Part shown: positions 54,694 to 64,000 of the stretch, one piece after another
How positions within the stretch are numbered: the stretch's first letter is position 1
Layout of the letters: each line of letters opens with the position of its first letter
Assembly: GCA_047285305.1 (NCBI GenBank)
Contig: JBJBDL010000003.1
Location: 1,120,001-1,184,000 of the forward strand
DNA: 64,000 bases
Source: Synechococcus sp.
GTDB lineage: Bacteria > Cyanobacteriota > Cyanobacteriia > PCC-6307 > Cyanobiaceae
Direction of reading: 5' to 3'
Notes under the pieces: generated by a model
Told to the model about the DNA's origin: nothing
The model's input: only the letters and a program-made list of their open reading frames with translations
Databases searched by the model: none
Translations under genes and position numbers: made by a program

Positions 54694-56046
54694 TTAGCAG
54701 ATGTTTAGGAGCTTTTTAAGGTTTGGAATAATCATTTTATCTGTATTTTGAAAGTAACTGCATGAATTGCAAGGGTTTGGGCTATCCCCTCTTAAGCCGC
54801 TACCTGGTATAAAACGCATATATTTTCTTTGATATAGATCTAAGGCATTATCTTCAAAAGCATTGCCTAGATTTAGGTTTTCCTTGCCTGCATCCATGCA
54901 GCATAGTGTAATCGAACCATCTGCTGCTATTGAAAGATCTTCCCATCTTGTACATCCGAGTTTCTTAAATGCTTTAAGAGGAACACCCATTTCAATTAAT
55001 TTATCTCTTGAATTCTCATTGTAGTTGAACCAATCATTCAACTTAAGCAATGATACTTTGAAATTCGGGAAAAGTCTTGCGCACTCTTCTAGAAACAAAA
55101 GATCGCCAGCTGCGCTTGTGCTTACTCTTGTTAGGACTACTTTTAAGCCATTATTATCTACCTCCCCGATCCTCTTGTGAAGATTAGATATGTTTCTGAT
55201 TGTTCTATCGTAATTTACTTGCATTAATCTTTCATACTTAGCTTTGTCTACAGAGTTTAATGAAATGCTGATAGATATGGGTTTTTTGTTTCTTCTTTTT
55301 TCGCGGCTGCTGCAGTCGATGAGCCAATCAATCTTTTCTTCTGTCATTAAATTTCCATTGCTGATAAGACGTATTTTTGACCCTGGTATTTTGTTTAAAA
55401 TTTCATCGGCAATCCAAGGTAGTCTCTTCTCCAAAAAAGGTTCAGATACCTTGTATGGTTGGATCTGGACATTCCTAGCAGAGGGAATCAAGCTCAGGTC
55501 GGAAATGATTTTCTTAATATTTTCATCGCTCATCTTCTCCCCTTTTCGCGAGAGCGAGTCATATTCACAAAAGCTGCATTTTGCATTGCAAACTGCTTGT
55601 GTTTCTATATGCACGATTTTGGGGTATAGTCGACTGAGTTGGTCCGCTGAAATTGTTTTGCATTTCAGATCAAGAGCACCAAGGGTTGCTATTAAATAGT
55701 GTTCGACTGTTGTTTGTGAAGGAAATCTATGCTGTGCACTTTCTCTGAAAATATTTGCCGCAAGATGCAAGTGCTCATTTTCAATCCCCTTAAGTTCAAT
55801 AAATTTCTTGATTTTACGTTCAATTAATAGGCATGTTTTATTAAGCTTTGCCGGAAATGCAAAACTCATTCTGGCTTCCGACATCAATACACAAGTTATG
55901 ACTACAGTCTTTTCGAAGTCGGCATGATTGTAATCAATTTCTACGCATTTTCTGTAATAACTGTCTAGTAGTTTGATTGTTTGTTTGTCCATCTTCAGCA
56001 ACAAATCCTCATTCCTAGTCAGTATAGAATAATCCAGATTTCCCAT
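54694..56046 (-). CDS. radical SAM protein with SPASM/twitch-like tail
   Basis: CNAKCSFC (CX3CX2C); C-terminal C..W..I.ADG....CC.D..LGN..C..C. Confidence 0.88.
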   Translation of the reverse strand: MGNLDYSILTRNEDLLLKMDKQTIKLLDSYYRKCVEIDYNHADFEKTVVITCVLMSEARMSFAFPAKLNKTCLLIERKIKKFIELKGIENEHLHLAANIFRESAQHRFPSQTTVEHYLIATLGALDLKCKTISADQLSRLYPKIVHIETQAVCNAKCSFCEYDSLSRKGEKMSDENIKKIISDLSLIPSARNVQIQPYKVSEPFLEKRLPWIADEILNKIPGSKIRLISNGNLMTEEKIDWLIDCSSREKRRNKKPISISISLNSVDKAKYERLMQVNYDRTIRNISNLHKRIGEVDNNGLKVVLTRVSTSAAGDLLFLEECARLFPNFKVSLLKLNDWFNYNENSRDKLIEMGVPLKAFKKLGCTRWEDLSIAADGSITLCCMDAGKENLNLGNAFEDNALDLYQRKYMRFIPGSGLRGDSPNPCNSCSYFQNTDKMIIPNLKKLLNIC

Positions 56047-56169
56047 TCAAGCTGCTTTGCCCTATTCCTGTACTGCCTGAATTTGACGTCGTACCGCAGA
56101 CTTGTTTGGCAGGAGAGAGCTTGACTCCTCTGTGCCCGTGTTCTAACGAATGTAAAAAACTAACTAGAA

Positions 56170-56379
56170 GTGCGATGGCGTCACAGTGCTTTCTGTGCGT
56201 CAGGGAGGTCCTGGATGAAGGGGATATCTCGTTCATTCATCTATGCGCAGATGGCTGAAGGCGCCTTCCCCAAGCAGATTCACCTGGGTCCTCGCACCAT
56301 TTTCTGGAACGAGCGCGAAGTGGTTCAGTGGATGGAAGAGCGTATGGCATCCAGATGGCCCCTCCAGGTGGGGACCTAA
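56170..56379 (+). pseudogene. frameshifted AlpA family gene
   Basis: GISRSFIYAQMAEGAFPKQIHLGPRTIFWNEREVVQWM; the FLCVREVL start lies in another frame. Confidence 0.8.
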
Positions 56380-56459
56380 ATACCCGTAGAACTCTCTGTT
56401 GGCAATGCACTTATCAGTGCTTTGCCTTTATTTGTGCCTATTCCATAAAGAAAGCGGTT

Positions 56460-56688
56460 GTTCCGCTCATGCCCCAGTGGTTTGACGTTGCTTATAACGG
56501 AGTTGAGCTCAGAGACCGATGAGCCACAAAGCAGGTCCCTATGACCTTTAGGGAGGTGCCGATTGCCATCCTTGTCAATGGGCGCTTCTACGGATGGTGA
56601 GACAGGAGGGTTCGGGGAGCATTGAGTCAACCTTCTTTAGGGGGAGGGGACGCGTCATGAGCGGAGCGGGTGGGAACGCTCTTTTTTT
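56460..56688 (+). ncRNA. divergent single copy of promoter + structured RNA unit
   Basis: GTTCCGCTCATG..TATAAC..CAGAGACCG..CAATGGGCGCTTCTACGGATGG..GCGTCATGA..GAGCG-GGTGGGAA-CGCTC-T7. Confidence 0.6.
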
Positions 56689-56869
56689 GTGCTTGAAATC
56701 GTTTAGGGCATCCCCTTCGTGAGATCGCGTAGGGCACTCCCTCAGTCCAGTGCTGTCCCGCGCCGTTTAATGGGCGTGTTAGGTAATGTGTAGCTGGTTT
56801 CAAGCAACATCACCCTGAGGTTGTCCAGGACTTTGTGAGTGCTTCCATAGAATTGGTGAATTAAACTTT

Positions 56870-56880
56870 CACCCTCTTCG
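56870..56880 (+). repeat. distal att-like copy (likely island 3 right boundary)
   Basis: ACTTTCACCCTCTTCG, compare ACTTTCACCCTCTCCG at 48213. Confidence 0.6.
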
Positions 56881-57012
56881 TTTTTATTGATCATTAACAA
56901 AGAGATTGCTTGATCAAGAGTTAATAAGCCAAGGTAATTGATGGCTTATCGCAAATTCCTAGAGCTTCGAACGTATTCATAGGGCTTTTTAGCGGATGTG
57001 TCGGTCCTGTTT

Positions 57013-57270
57013 TTATGAATGAAACAGCAGCACTAGACCCTGCTCCACTTGATGAAATTCTCGTTCCTCTCGGCTGAGGTCGAGCCCCACATTGAGCCCT
57101 TCTTTCAGTGCGTCCTCAAAGGGTGGTGTCGATGGCGCAGCGCTGTCAATCCAAAGTGCCGCAATACCTACCGCTGTGGCATGCCAACGGAATCGGCTCG
57201 TTGTGCCGATGTCCGGTTCATTCAATGCCTCCTCCAGGAGGATGTTGATGGTGAGGTTCGTGCTGGACAT
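57013..57270 (-). CDS. conserved hypothetical protein
   Basis: LLEEALNEPDIG..FRWHAT..GLDLSREEREFH. Confidence 0.7.
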   Translation of the reverse strand: MSSTNLTINILLEEALNEPDIGTTSRFRWHATAVGIAALWIDSAAPSTPPFEDALKEGLNVGLDLSREEREFHQVEQGLVLLFHS

Positions 57271-57346
57271 GTGCACCAGCATCGTGATCTCGGCCTGCTC
57301 CTGCAATGAGCTGAGAGACTTCGTAGCGTTAGTTCATTCCAGCAGG

Positions 57347-58499
57347 GTGTCCTCGGCTTCGGATGACCTCCCGCAGCGCATCGCTTTGCTTCATGAGTGG
57401 TTCTCGCTTCGTTCTGTCGGTGGTGCAGACCAGGATGTTCAAGAGGTTGATTCCCTTCTGTGCCGCCTCGGTTGTGAGCCGCAGATGGAGGCCCTGATTG
57501 ACGTCGAATCTCAACGTCCGGGCAGTTGGTTGCACGGACGATCCGTCCTCACCAGCCCGGTTCAGCGCCAGCCGTGGGGGCGCAGCCATGTGCAGAAGCA
57601 CCTGCCGCTGCTGCCCTTTGCCATCGAACAGATCGATCTTGGCGCTGCTGAGCTGGTGATCAGCAGCAGCCACCTGGTAGCCAAGGGTGTGCTGACGGCT
57701 CCGGACTGGCTGCACATCAGTTATGTGCACCCGTGCGTTACGCCTGGGACTTGATGCACGCTTATATGCAGTGTTCGGCGCTGGCTTGGCGTGGTCTGGG
57801 CCCTTTGATTCGCTGGCAGTTGCATGCTCTGCGGCAATGGGACCAACTCAGTGCTCAGCGGGTGGATTACCTCATTGCCAACTCCCGTTTCACGGCGCGT
57901 CGAATCCGTAAGTACTGGGGGCGGGAAACCAGCGTGATCCATCCCCCCGTGGAGGTGGAGTGCTTTCACTAGAAGGCCGATCGAGACGACGTCTACCCCT
58001 GCTTTTGGTGGGGGATGGTCCGAAGAAGGCGCGATTGGAGGCTCTGGCTGGTCCCACGGTCACCTTGCTAGGCCCTCAGTCCCAGCAGTAGGTGGAAGAG
58101 CTCGTGGCCCGTTGTGGGGCATTTGTGAGCGCCGGCTTGGAGGACTTCGGCATTGCTCCGGTGGAAGCAATGGCGTCCGGAGCTCCGGTGATTGGGTTGG
58201 GGCGGGGTGGTTCGTTGGACACGGCGCGTTGTGCGGCTGCCGGGGTTCCTGAGCCCACTGGGGTGCTGTTCCCGGAACAAAGCGTCGAGTCGTTGTTGCA
58301 GGCCGTGGAGTGGTTTGGACAAGAACGCATTTGGCGTTCTTTGGATGCAGAAGCCATTCGTGCGTGGGGCGAGCACTTCAGCCAGGAAGCCTTCGCGGCG
58401 CGCTTTGAATTGGCTTTGCGAACAGCCTGGAGTGCCAATCAGCGGGGCTGTGCCGTTGCAGCGAGTGACCCTGCGGAGATGTCAGAGCTGCACCTGTGA
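57347..58499 (+). pseudogene. GT4 glycosyltransferase pseudogene
   Basis: IALLHEW..GGA, ISSSH..AKGV, YVH/MRYAWD split by frameshift near 57731, stops at 57970 and 58089, EDFGIAPVEAMASG motif. Confidence 0.88.
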
Positions 58500-58530
58500 C
58501 GTTGAGTGTTGTTAGTCCCAGGTTGAGCCT

Positions 58531-59289
58531 TTGACCTCGGCCTCCCGGCCATCCTTGATTCAGTCTCCAGGGCGTGCAGCTCGCCGTGGCAAGTTCAAGC
58601 AGCACCTTGCGCTGATCTCAGCCCCGCCATCGGATCTGTCGACCGGCACGCTTATCCGCCATCAGAACCGTTGGGGCCGAGTCTTTAAGCGCACTGGAGA
58701 CATTGTTTTTTCACTCGTCGTACTCAGCATCGGTTCACCGGTGTTGCTGCTTCTGGCGGGATTGGTGAAGCTCAGTTCACCGGGGCCTGTGTTTTACGTA
58801 CAGCGTCGGGTTGGACGGAGCTACCAACGTTTTGGCTGCATCAAGTTCCGCACCATGCGGGCTGATGCGGATGCCGTTCTTGCTCGCGTTCTGGAGGCAG
58901 ATTCCTCGCTGTGTGCTGAGTTCGAGCGTGACTTCAAGTTGAAACGTGATCCCCGAATCACTCCCCTGGGCCGTTTCCTGCGCCGCTCGAGTCTTGATGA
59001 GCTTCCACAGTTTTTGAATGTTCTTCGTGGGGAGATGAGCGTGGTCGGTCCACGCCCAATCGTCGAGAAAGAACTAGTTCGTTATGGCCCTTATATGGAT
59101 GAAGTCGCCTCAGTCCGCCCTGGGTTGACCGGCCTTTGGCAAGTTAGTGGCAGAAACAACTTGAGTTACAAGAAACGGGTCAAGCTTGATCTGGCCTATG
59201 CCCGTGGTCGTTCGTTTGCCCTTGACTTTGCCATCATCCTGCGAACATTTGGTGTGCTGCTCCTGCCGATGGATCGAGGTGCTTACTGA
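58531..59289 (+). CDS. priming sugar transferase (Bac_transf family)
   Basis: KRTGDI, KFRTM, DPRIT..GRFLRRSSLDELPQ, GEMSVVGPRP, PGLTGLWQV. Confidence 0.93.
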   Translation: MTSASRPSLIQSPGRAARRGKFKQHLALISAPPSDLSTGTLIRHQNRWGRVFKRTGDIVFSLVVLSIGSPVLLLLAGLVKLSSPGPVFYVQRRVGRSYQRFGCIKFRTMRADADAVLARVLEADSSLCAEFERDFKLKRDPRITPLGRFLRRSSLDELPQFLNVLRGEMSVVGPRPIVEKELVRYGPYMDEVASVRPGLTGLWQVSGRNNLSYKKRVKLDLAYARGRSFALDFAIILRTFGVLLLPMDRGAY

Positions 59290-59296
59290 CTTGTGC

Positions 59297-60316
59297 TCAG
59301 TGGCTCATTGCCCATTGGATGATCCCAAGACCACTGAGCCACACGATCTCCAGTCGGCTTGATGCCTTCAGAACAGCCATAACCAAAGGCGCGTTTGCTG
59401 TTGGTTGGCCGGCCCCAAGCACAGGTTTCTGCACCAATCGCTCTCCATACCTGTTTTCGCCTCCAAGTTGGATCCCGATGCAGTGGGCGTAGATCGCTTC
59501 TGAACGACCTGCATTGGGGGATGGATCCGCAGAGCCATCCCTCTCTGCCGCCTGCACCCGTTGCAACCAATGCGTCCAGGGTGGGCAGACCAGGGGCAGC
59601 GTCATCATGACCATCCGACAAGGCAGCCAGTTGAGCAGATCATCGAGGCGAGCTCCGGCTGTCCCTAACCAGCGAAGTCGGCCGCTGCGGTACCCCAGCA
59701 TGGAATCCAGCGTGCTGCCGGCCTTGAATCCCCAGGCCAGCGCTAGCGGACCAGGGCCAGAGGGCAGGACCATCCACAGCAGGGCACCGATCCCCATCCA
59801 GAACAGCGGTGCGAACACTCCATCCACAGCATTCTCTGAGGCTGTTTCAGCTGCGGCCCTGAGCAGTCCCGTGCGATCAAGACTCTGAACGTCTCGTCCA
59901 ACGATCCAGCTCAAGTTCCGGCGGGCTGGTTCGAGATCACCCTCCTCCGCTGAGGGCAGCGCATCAACCACGGCGAGCACGCTGTCCCTGAGGCTGCGAG
60001 CCGCCAGGGCGCTGGCGAGGCTCAGGGTCAGTATCGGAATGCTGAGCCATCTCCATGGGGATGGAAGCCAGAGCAGCCGCTCCAGACACCAGCCCGTCAG
60101 AACGCTGCCAAGCACAAGCATCAGGCTGATCAAGCCTCCCCCGATCCGCAGCTTGATCGGATGGTCCCCCGCCCATAGCTCGACCCAATGCCGCAACTGC
60201 TGAATGCTCCACCCCATCACCACCACGGGGTGGAGCCACCTGCGCGGGTCACCGATCAGCTGATCAAGCAGTGCTGCCCCAATCACTAGCAGGCCTCCCA
60301 ACGCTTCTGAGCTCAT
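59297..60316 (-). CDS. cbiB: adenosylcobinamide-phosphate synthase (CbiB/CobD)
   Basis: GDP..HPVV, IVGRD, ETASENAVDG..APLF, LDSMLGY, SPNAG. Confidence 0.93.
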   Translation of the reverse strand: MSSEALGGLLVIGAALLDQLIGDPRRWLHPVVVMGWSIQQLRHWVELWAGDHPIKLRIGGGLISLMLVLGSVLTGWCLERLLWLPSPWRWLSIPILTLSLASALAARSLRDSVLAVVDALPSAEEGDLEPARRNLSWIVGRDVQSLDRTGLLRAAAETASENAVDGVFAPLFWMGIGALLWMVLPSGPGPLALAWGFKAGSTLDSMLGYRSGRLRWLGTAGARLDDLLNWLPCRMVMMTLPLVCPPWTHWLQRVQAAERDGSADPSPNAGRSEAIYAHCIGIQLGGENRYGERLVQKPVLGAGQPTANAPLVMAVLKASSRLEIVWLSGLGIIQWAMSH

Positions 60317-60341
60317 GGGAGGGGCGTGGCCAGAAACCAAC

Positions 60342-60381
60342 AAAAATCCCCGCTATGCGCCGTTAGGGCAACAGAGCGGGG
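60342..60381 (-). terminator. probable intrinsic terminator after ilvC
   Basis: CCCCGCT...AGCGGGG stem followed by T-run on the minus strand. Confidence 0.55.
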
Positions 60382-60435
60382 GGTGAGGTGAGTGATGGTG
60401 TCTGATGCCACTGGCTGTTCAGCGCTTGCGCTGGA

Positions 60436-61467
<1,032 letters not shown>

Positions 61468-61493
61468 TTACGCAGCGGCCTGCCCCGTTCTGT

Positions 61494-62096
61494 TCAGGCC
61501 TCGTTCGGATGGGAGATGACGCGGTCGATCAGGCCGTATTCCTTGGCTTCTTCAGCGCTGAGGAAGTAGTCCCGGTCAGTGTCCTTCTCGATCTTCTCGA
61601 AGCTCTGGCCACTCATATCGGCCAGGGAGCGGTTGAGCATCTCCTTCATCCGCAGGATCTCCCGTGCTTCGATTTCGATGTCACTGGCCTGGCGACGGCT
61701 GGTGCCGCCAAGGGGCTGGTGAATCATGATCCTGCTGTGGGGCAGGGCGACCCGCTTTCCCTTGGTTCCAGCGGCGAGGAGGAAGGCACCCATGGATGCA
61801 GCAAGGCCAACGCAGATGGTCACCACTTCGCTCTTGACGTACTGGATGGTGTCGTAGATAGCCAGTCCAGCCGTGACGGAGCCACCTGGGGAGTTGATGT
61901 AAAGGTAGATCGGCTTGCTGCTGTCTTCCGAGTCCAAATAGAGCATCTGGGCAACCAGGCTGTTGGCGATGCCGTCATTGACCTCAGAGCCAAGGAAGAG
62001 GATCCTCTCCACCCCGAGACGGGTGTAGATGTCGACCCAGCGCTCCATCTGGCTGCCGGGCAGGCGGTAGGGAACGCTGGGAGTACCGATCGGCAT
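61494..62096 (-). CDS. clpP: ATP-dependent Clp protease proteolytic subunit (ClpP3 type)
   Basis: [27 protein letters not shown]. Confidence 0.96.
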   Translation of the reverse strand: MPIGTPSVPYRLPGSQMERWVDIYTRLGVERILFLGSEVNDGIANSLVAQMLYLDSEDSSKPIYLYINSPGGSVTAGLAIYDTIQYVKSEVVTICVGLAASMGAFLLAAGTKGKRVALPHSRIMIHQPLGGTSRRQASDIEIEAREILRMKEMLNRSLADMSGQSFEKIEKDTDRDYFLSAEEAKEYGLIDRVISHPNEA

Positions 62097-62149
62097 GATT
62101 CAGAACGATGATGGAGGAAGGACAGGAGGGTTGGGTCTGATGCCGTCGG

Positions 62150-62818
62150 TCAGACGGGGGGATTGCCAGGCAGGTCCTTGCGGCTGCTGAGCACGCGGTC
62201 GATGAGTCCGTACTCAACGGCTTGTTGAGGAGTGAGGTAGCTCATCCGGTCGGAGTCCTTGCTCAGCTCTTCCACAGAACGACCTGTGTTGGTGGAAAGG
62301 ATCTCGAGCATCGCCTGCTTGTTATGCAGCACTTCTTTGGCCCGGATCTGGATGTCCGTCGCCTGGCCGCGGGCGCCGCTGCGGGGCTGGTGCAGAACGA
62401 TGGAGGAGTGAGGCAATGCGGCACGTTGACCTTTGGTCCCTGCCGAAAGGATCACCGCCGCCGTGCCCATGGCCTGGCCGATGCAGATGGTGTGCACCGG
62501 AGGCTTCACATAGCGGAGGGTGTCGCAGATGGCGAAGGCTTCGGTTTCGAACCCGATGGCATCACCCGAGTACCAGCTGGTGCCTGTGGAGTTGATGTAG
62601 AAGTAGATCGGCTTCTCTGGGTTGTCGAACTCTAGATAGAGCAGCTGAGCGATGATCAGCTCAGTAACGTCTATGCCCATCTGACGCTTGGCGTCGTCGT
62701 CAGAGAACAGGGGCAAGCCCAAGTAGACGATTCGCTCCTTGAGCAGTAGTGAGGGAAGGTCTGGAGGTGGTGTGCGCATCACGGCGCTGTCGCCGTAGTA
62801 CGGGGCCGAAGTTGTCAT
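62150..62818 (-). CDS. clpR: non-catalytic Clp subunit ClpR
   Basis: PPPDLPSLLLKERIVYLG, YINSTG, catalytic Ser replaced. Confidence 0.9.
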   Translation of the reverse strand: MTTSAPYYGDSAVMRTPPPDLPSLLLKERIVYLGLPLFSDDDAKRQMGIDVTELIIAQLLYLEFDNPEKPIYFYINSTGTSWYSGDAIGFETEAFAICDTLRYVKPPVHTICIGQAMGTAAVILSAGTKGQRAALPHSSIVLHQPRSGARGQATDIQIRAKEVLHNKQAMLEILSTNTGRSVEELSKDSDRMSYLTPQQAVEYGLIDRVLSSRKDLPGNPPV

Positions 62819-62842
62819 CTCCACCATCGCGGTGGGGCGAGC

Positions 62843-64000
62843 CTAGCCGGGGTCAGCGGGCTTGCGGTTGCTGGTTTTGGCCGGTTTTCCCTGACTTTTC
62901 GATTTGGTTGAGGGCTTGGTGTCGGTTGATGCATCGTTCTCGTCCAACCGTGCAAACACCATGCGGCCGGTTGGGGTTTGCAGGGCACCGGTCACCACCA
63001 CTGGCTTGCGTTGGCCTATCAGCGATTTCGCATCGTTGACCACCACCATCGTTCCGTCATCGAGGTAGCCGACACCCTGACTGTCCTCCTTGCCCTCACG
63101 CACGATCTTGAGTTTGAGCTCGTCGCCGGGTTGCACTTCAGGCCGCAACGCGATTACCAACTCACTCAGATTCATCACCTTCAGGTCTTTGACCTGGGCC
63201 ACCTGCGCCAGATTGAAGTCTGCGGTCACCAGCGTGCCGCCGGTGTCGGATGCCAATTGCAGCAGTCGGTCGTCCGTTCCCTTGCCGTCGTAACGGGTGC
63301 TGTTGATCACCAACCGCCGCCCGTAGGTTTCCCGCAGATCCTTCAGAAGCTTCAGGCCACGTCGGCCCTTGGCTCGCTTTTCGATGTTGGTGGAATCCGA
63401 CAGCTGCTGCATCTCATCGATCACTGATTCGGCAACGATCACTTGCCCTTCCAGTAATCCGCAGGCGAGCATGCCCCGGATCCGGCCATCGATGATCACG
63501 CTGGTGTCCAGGATCTTGGCCGTGGCGGGGGTCAGCACCCCATCAGCCACCAGCAGCGCCTCGGTGCTGGCGGGATTGAACAGGCGCAGCAGCGTGCGGC
63601 CGTGAACTTCCGCCAGGTTGCTTCCCAGAATTCCAAAAAAGACATTGCTCACCACCGCCAGAAGGGGTTTGAGCAGAACAATCCCTCCGGAGAATGGAAG
63701 CAGCAGAACAGGCAGCAGCAGCAGGTTGGCCACCAGCAGCCCCAGGATCAGGCCGACAGCCCGGCTCACCAGAAGATCGGTGGGCATGGTGCGCACCTGT
63801 TGCATCAGGCGCACCCGCAGCTTTTTGAACACCAGGCCTGCGATCAAGCCGATGCCACCGCCAGCTCCGCTGAGCTGGAGACGCAACTGTTCAGCATTGG
63901 TGGTTGCACTCACCAGGCCGTCGGGCAGCAAGTGAATCCCCATCCACCCGGCAGCTGCACCGGAAACCACAAACAGAAGCAGGATGATCGGATCCACCAT
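62843..64000 (-). CDS. PIN/TRAM domain membrane protein
   Basis: N-terminal TMs; LDTSVIIDGRI PIN motif; GVGYLDDGTMVVV TRAM. Confidence 0.92.
   Translation of the reverse strand: MVDPIILLLFVVSGAAAGWMGIHLLPDGLVSATTNAEQLRLQLSGAGGGIGLIAGLVFKKLRVRLMQQVRTMPTDLLVSRAVGLILGLLVANLLLLPVLLLPFSGGIVLLKPLLAVVSNVFFGILGSNLAEVHGRTLLRLFNPASTEALLVADGVLTPATAKILDTSVIIDGRIRGMLACGLLEGQVIVAESVIDEMQQLSDSTNIEKRAKGRRGLKLLKDLRETYGRRLVINSTRYDGKGTDDRLLQLASDTGGTLVTADFNLAQVAQVKDLKVMNLSELVIALRPEVQPGDELKLKIVREGKEDSQGVGYLDDGTMVVVNDAKSLIGQRKPVVVTGALQTPTGRMVFARLDENDASTDTKPSTKSKSQGKPAKTSNRKPADPG

Larger units (their letters stand above)
38706..56880. mobile_element. genomic island 3: tandem decayed integrative elements at tRNA-Ser
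   Basis: Four downstream copies of the tRNA 3' end, integrase and AlpA remnants, AT-rich cargo. Confidence 0.88.

Overview
Window of a marine picocyanobacterial chromosome; gene content and order suggest marine Synechococcus (inference). A GC-rich core backbone (cobQ, maf, rpsD, yidD, murE, class V aminotransferase, nfuA, mqo, lepA, trmH, rsmB, class A PBP, chlG, hisF, menG, glyQ, tRNA-Ser(CGA), cbiB, ilvC, clpP3/clpR, PIN-TRAM) is interrupted by three accessory islands. (1) An island of about 10.3 kb is inserted into the 5' end of the aminotransferase gene and supplies a replacement N-terminus. (2) An island of about 3.9 kb lies directly upstream of glyQ and is probably inserted into its 5' end. 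(3) An island of about 18 kb at tRNA-Ser is a tandem pile-up of decayed tyrosine-integrase/AlpA elements carrying AT-rich surface-carbohydrate modification genes. The most unusual signal is a family of non-coding, hairpin-rich units in islands 2 and 3. They sit behind a five-copy promoter-like motif with invariant spacing and show stem covariation around an invariant GTGGGA loop. They also carry mutually complementary segments and near-complementarity to the tRNA-Ser 3' end/att core. All calls come from reading the sequence and recalling motifs; no searches were run.
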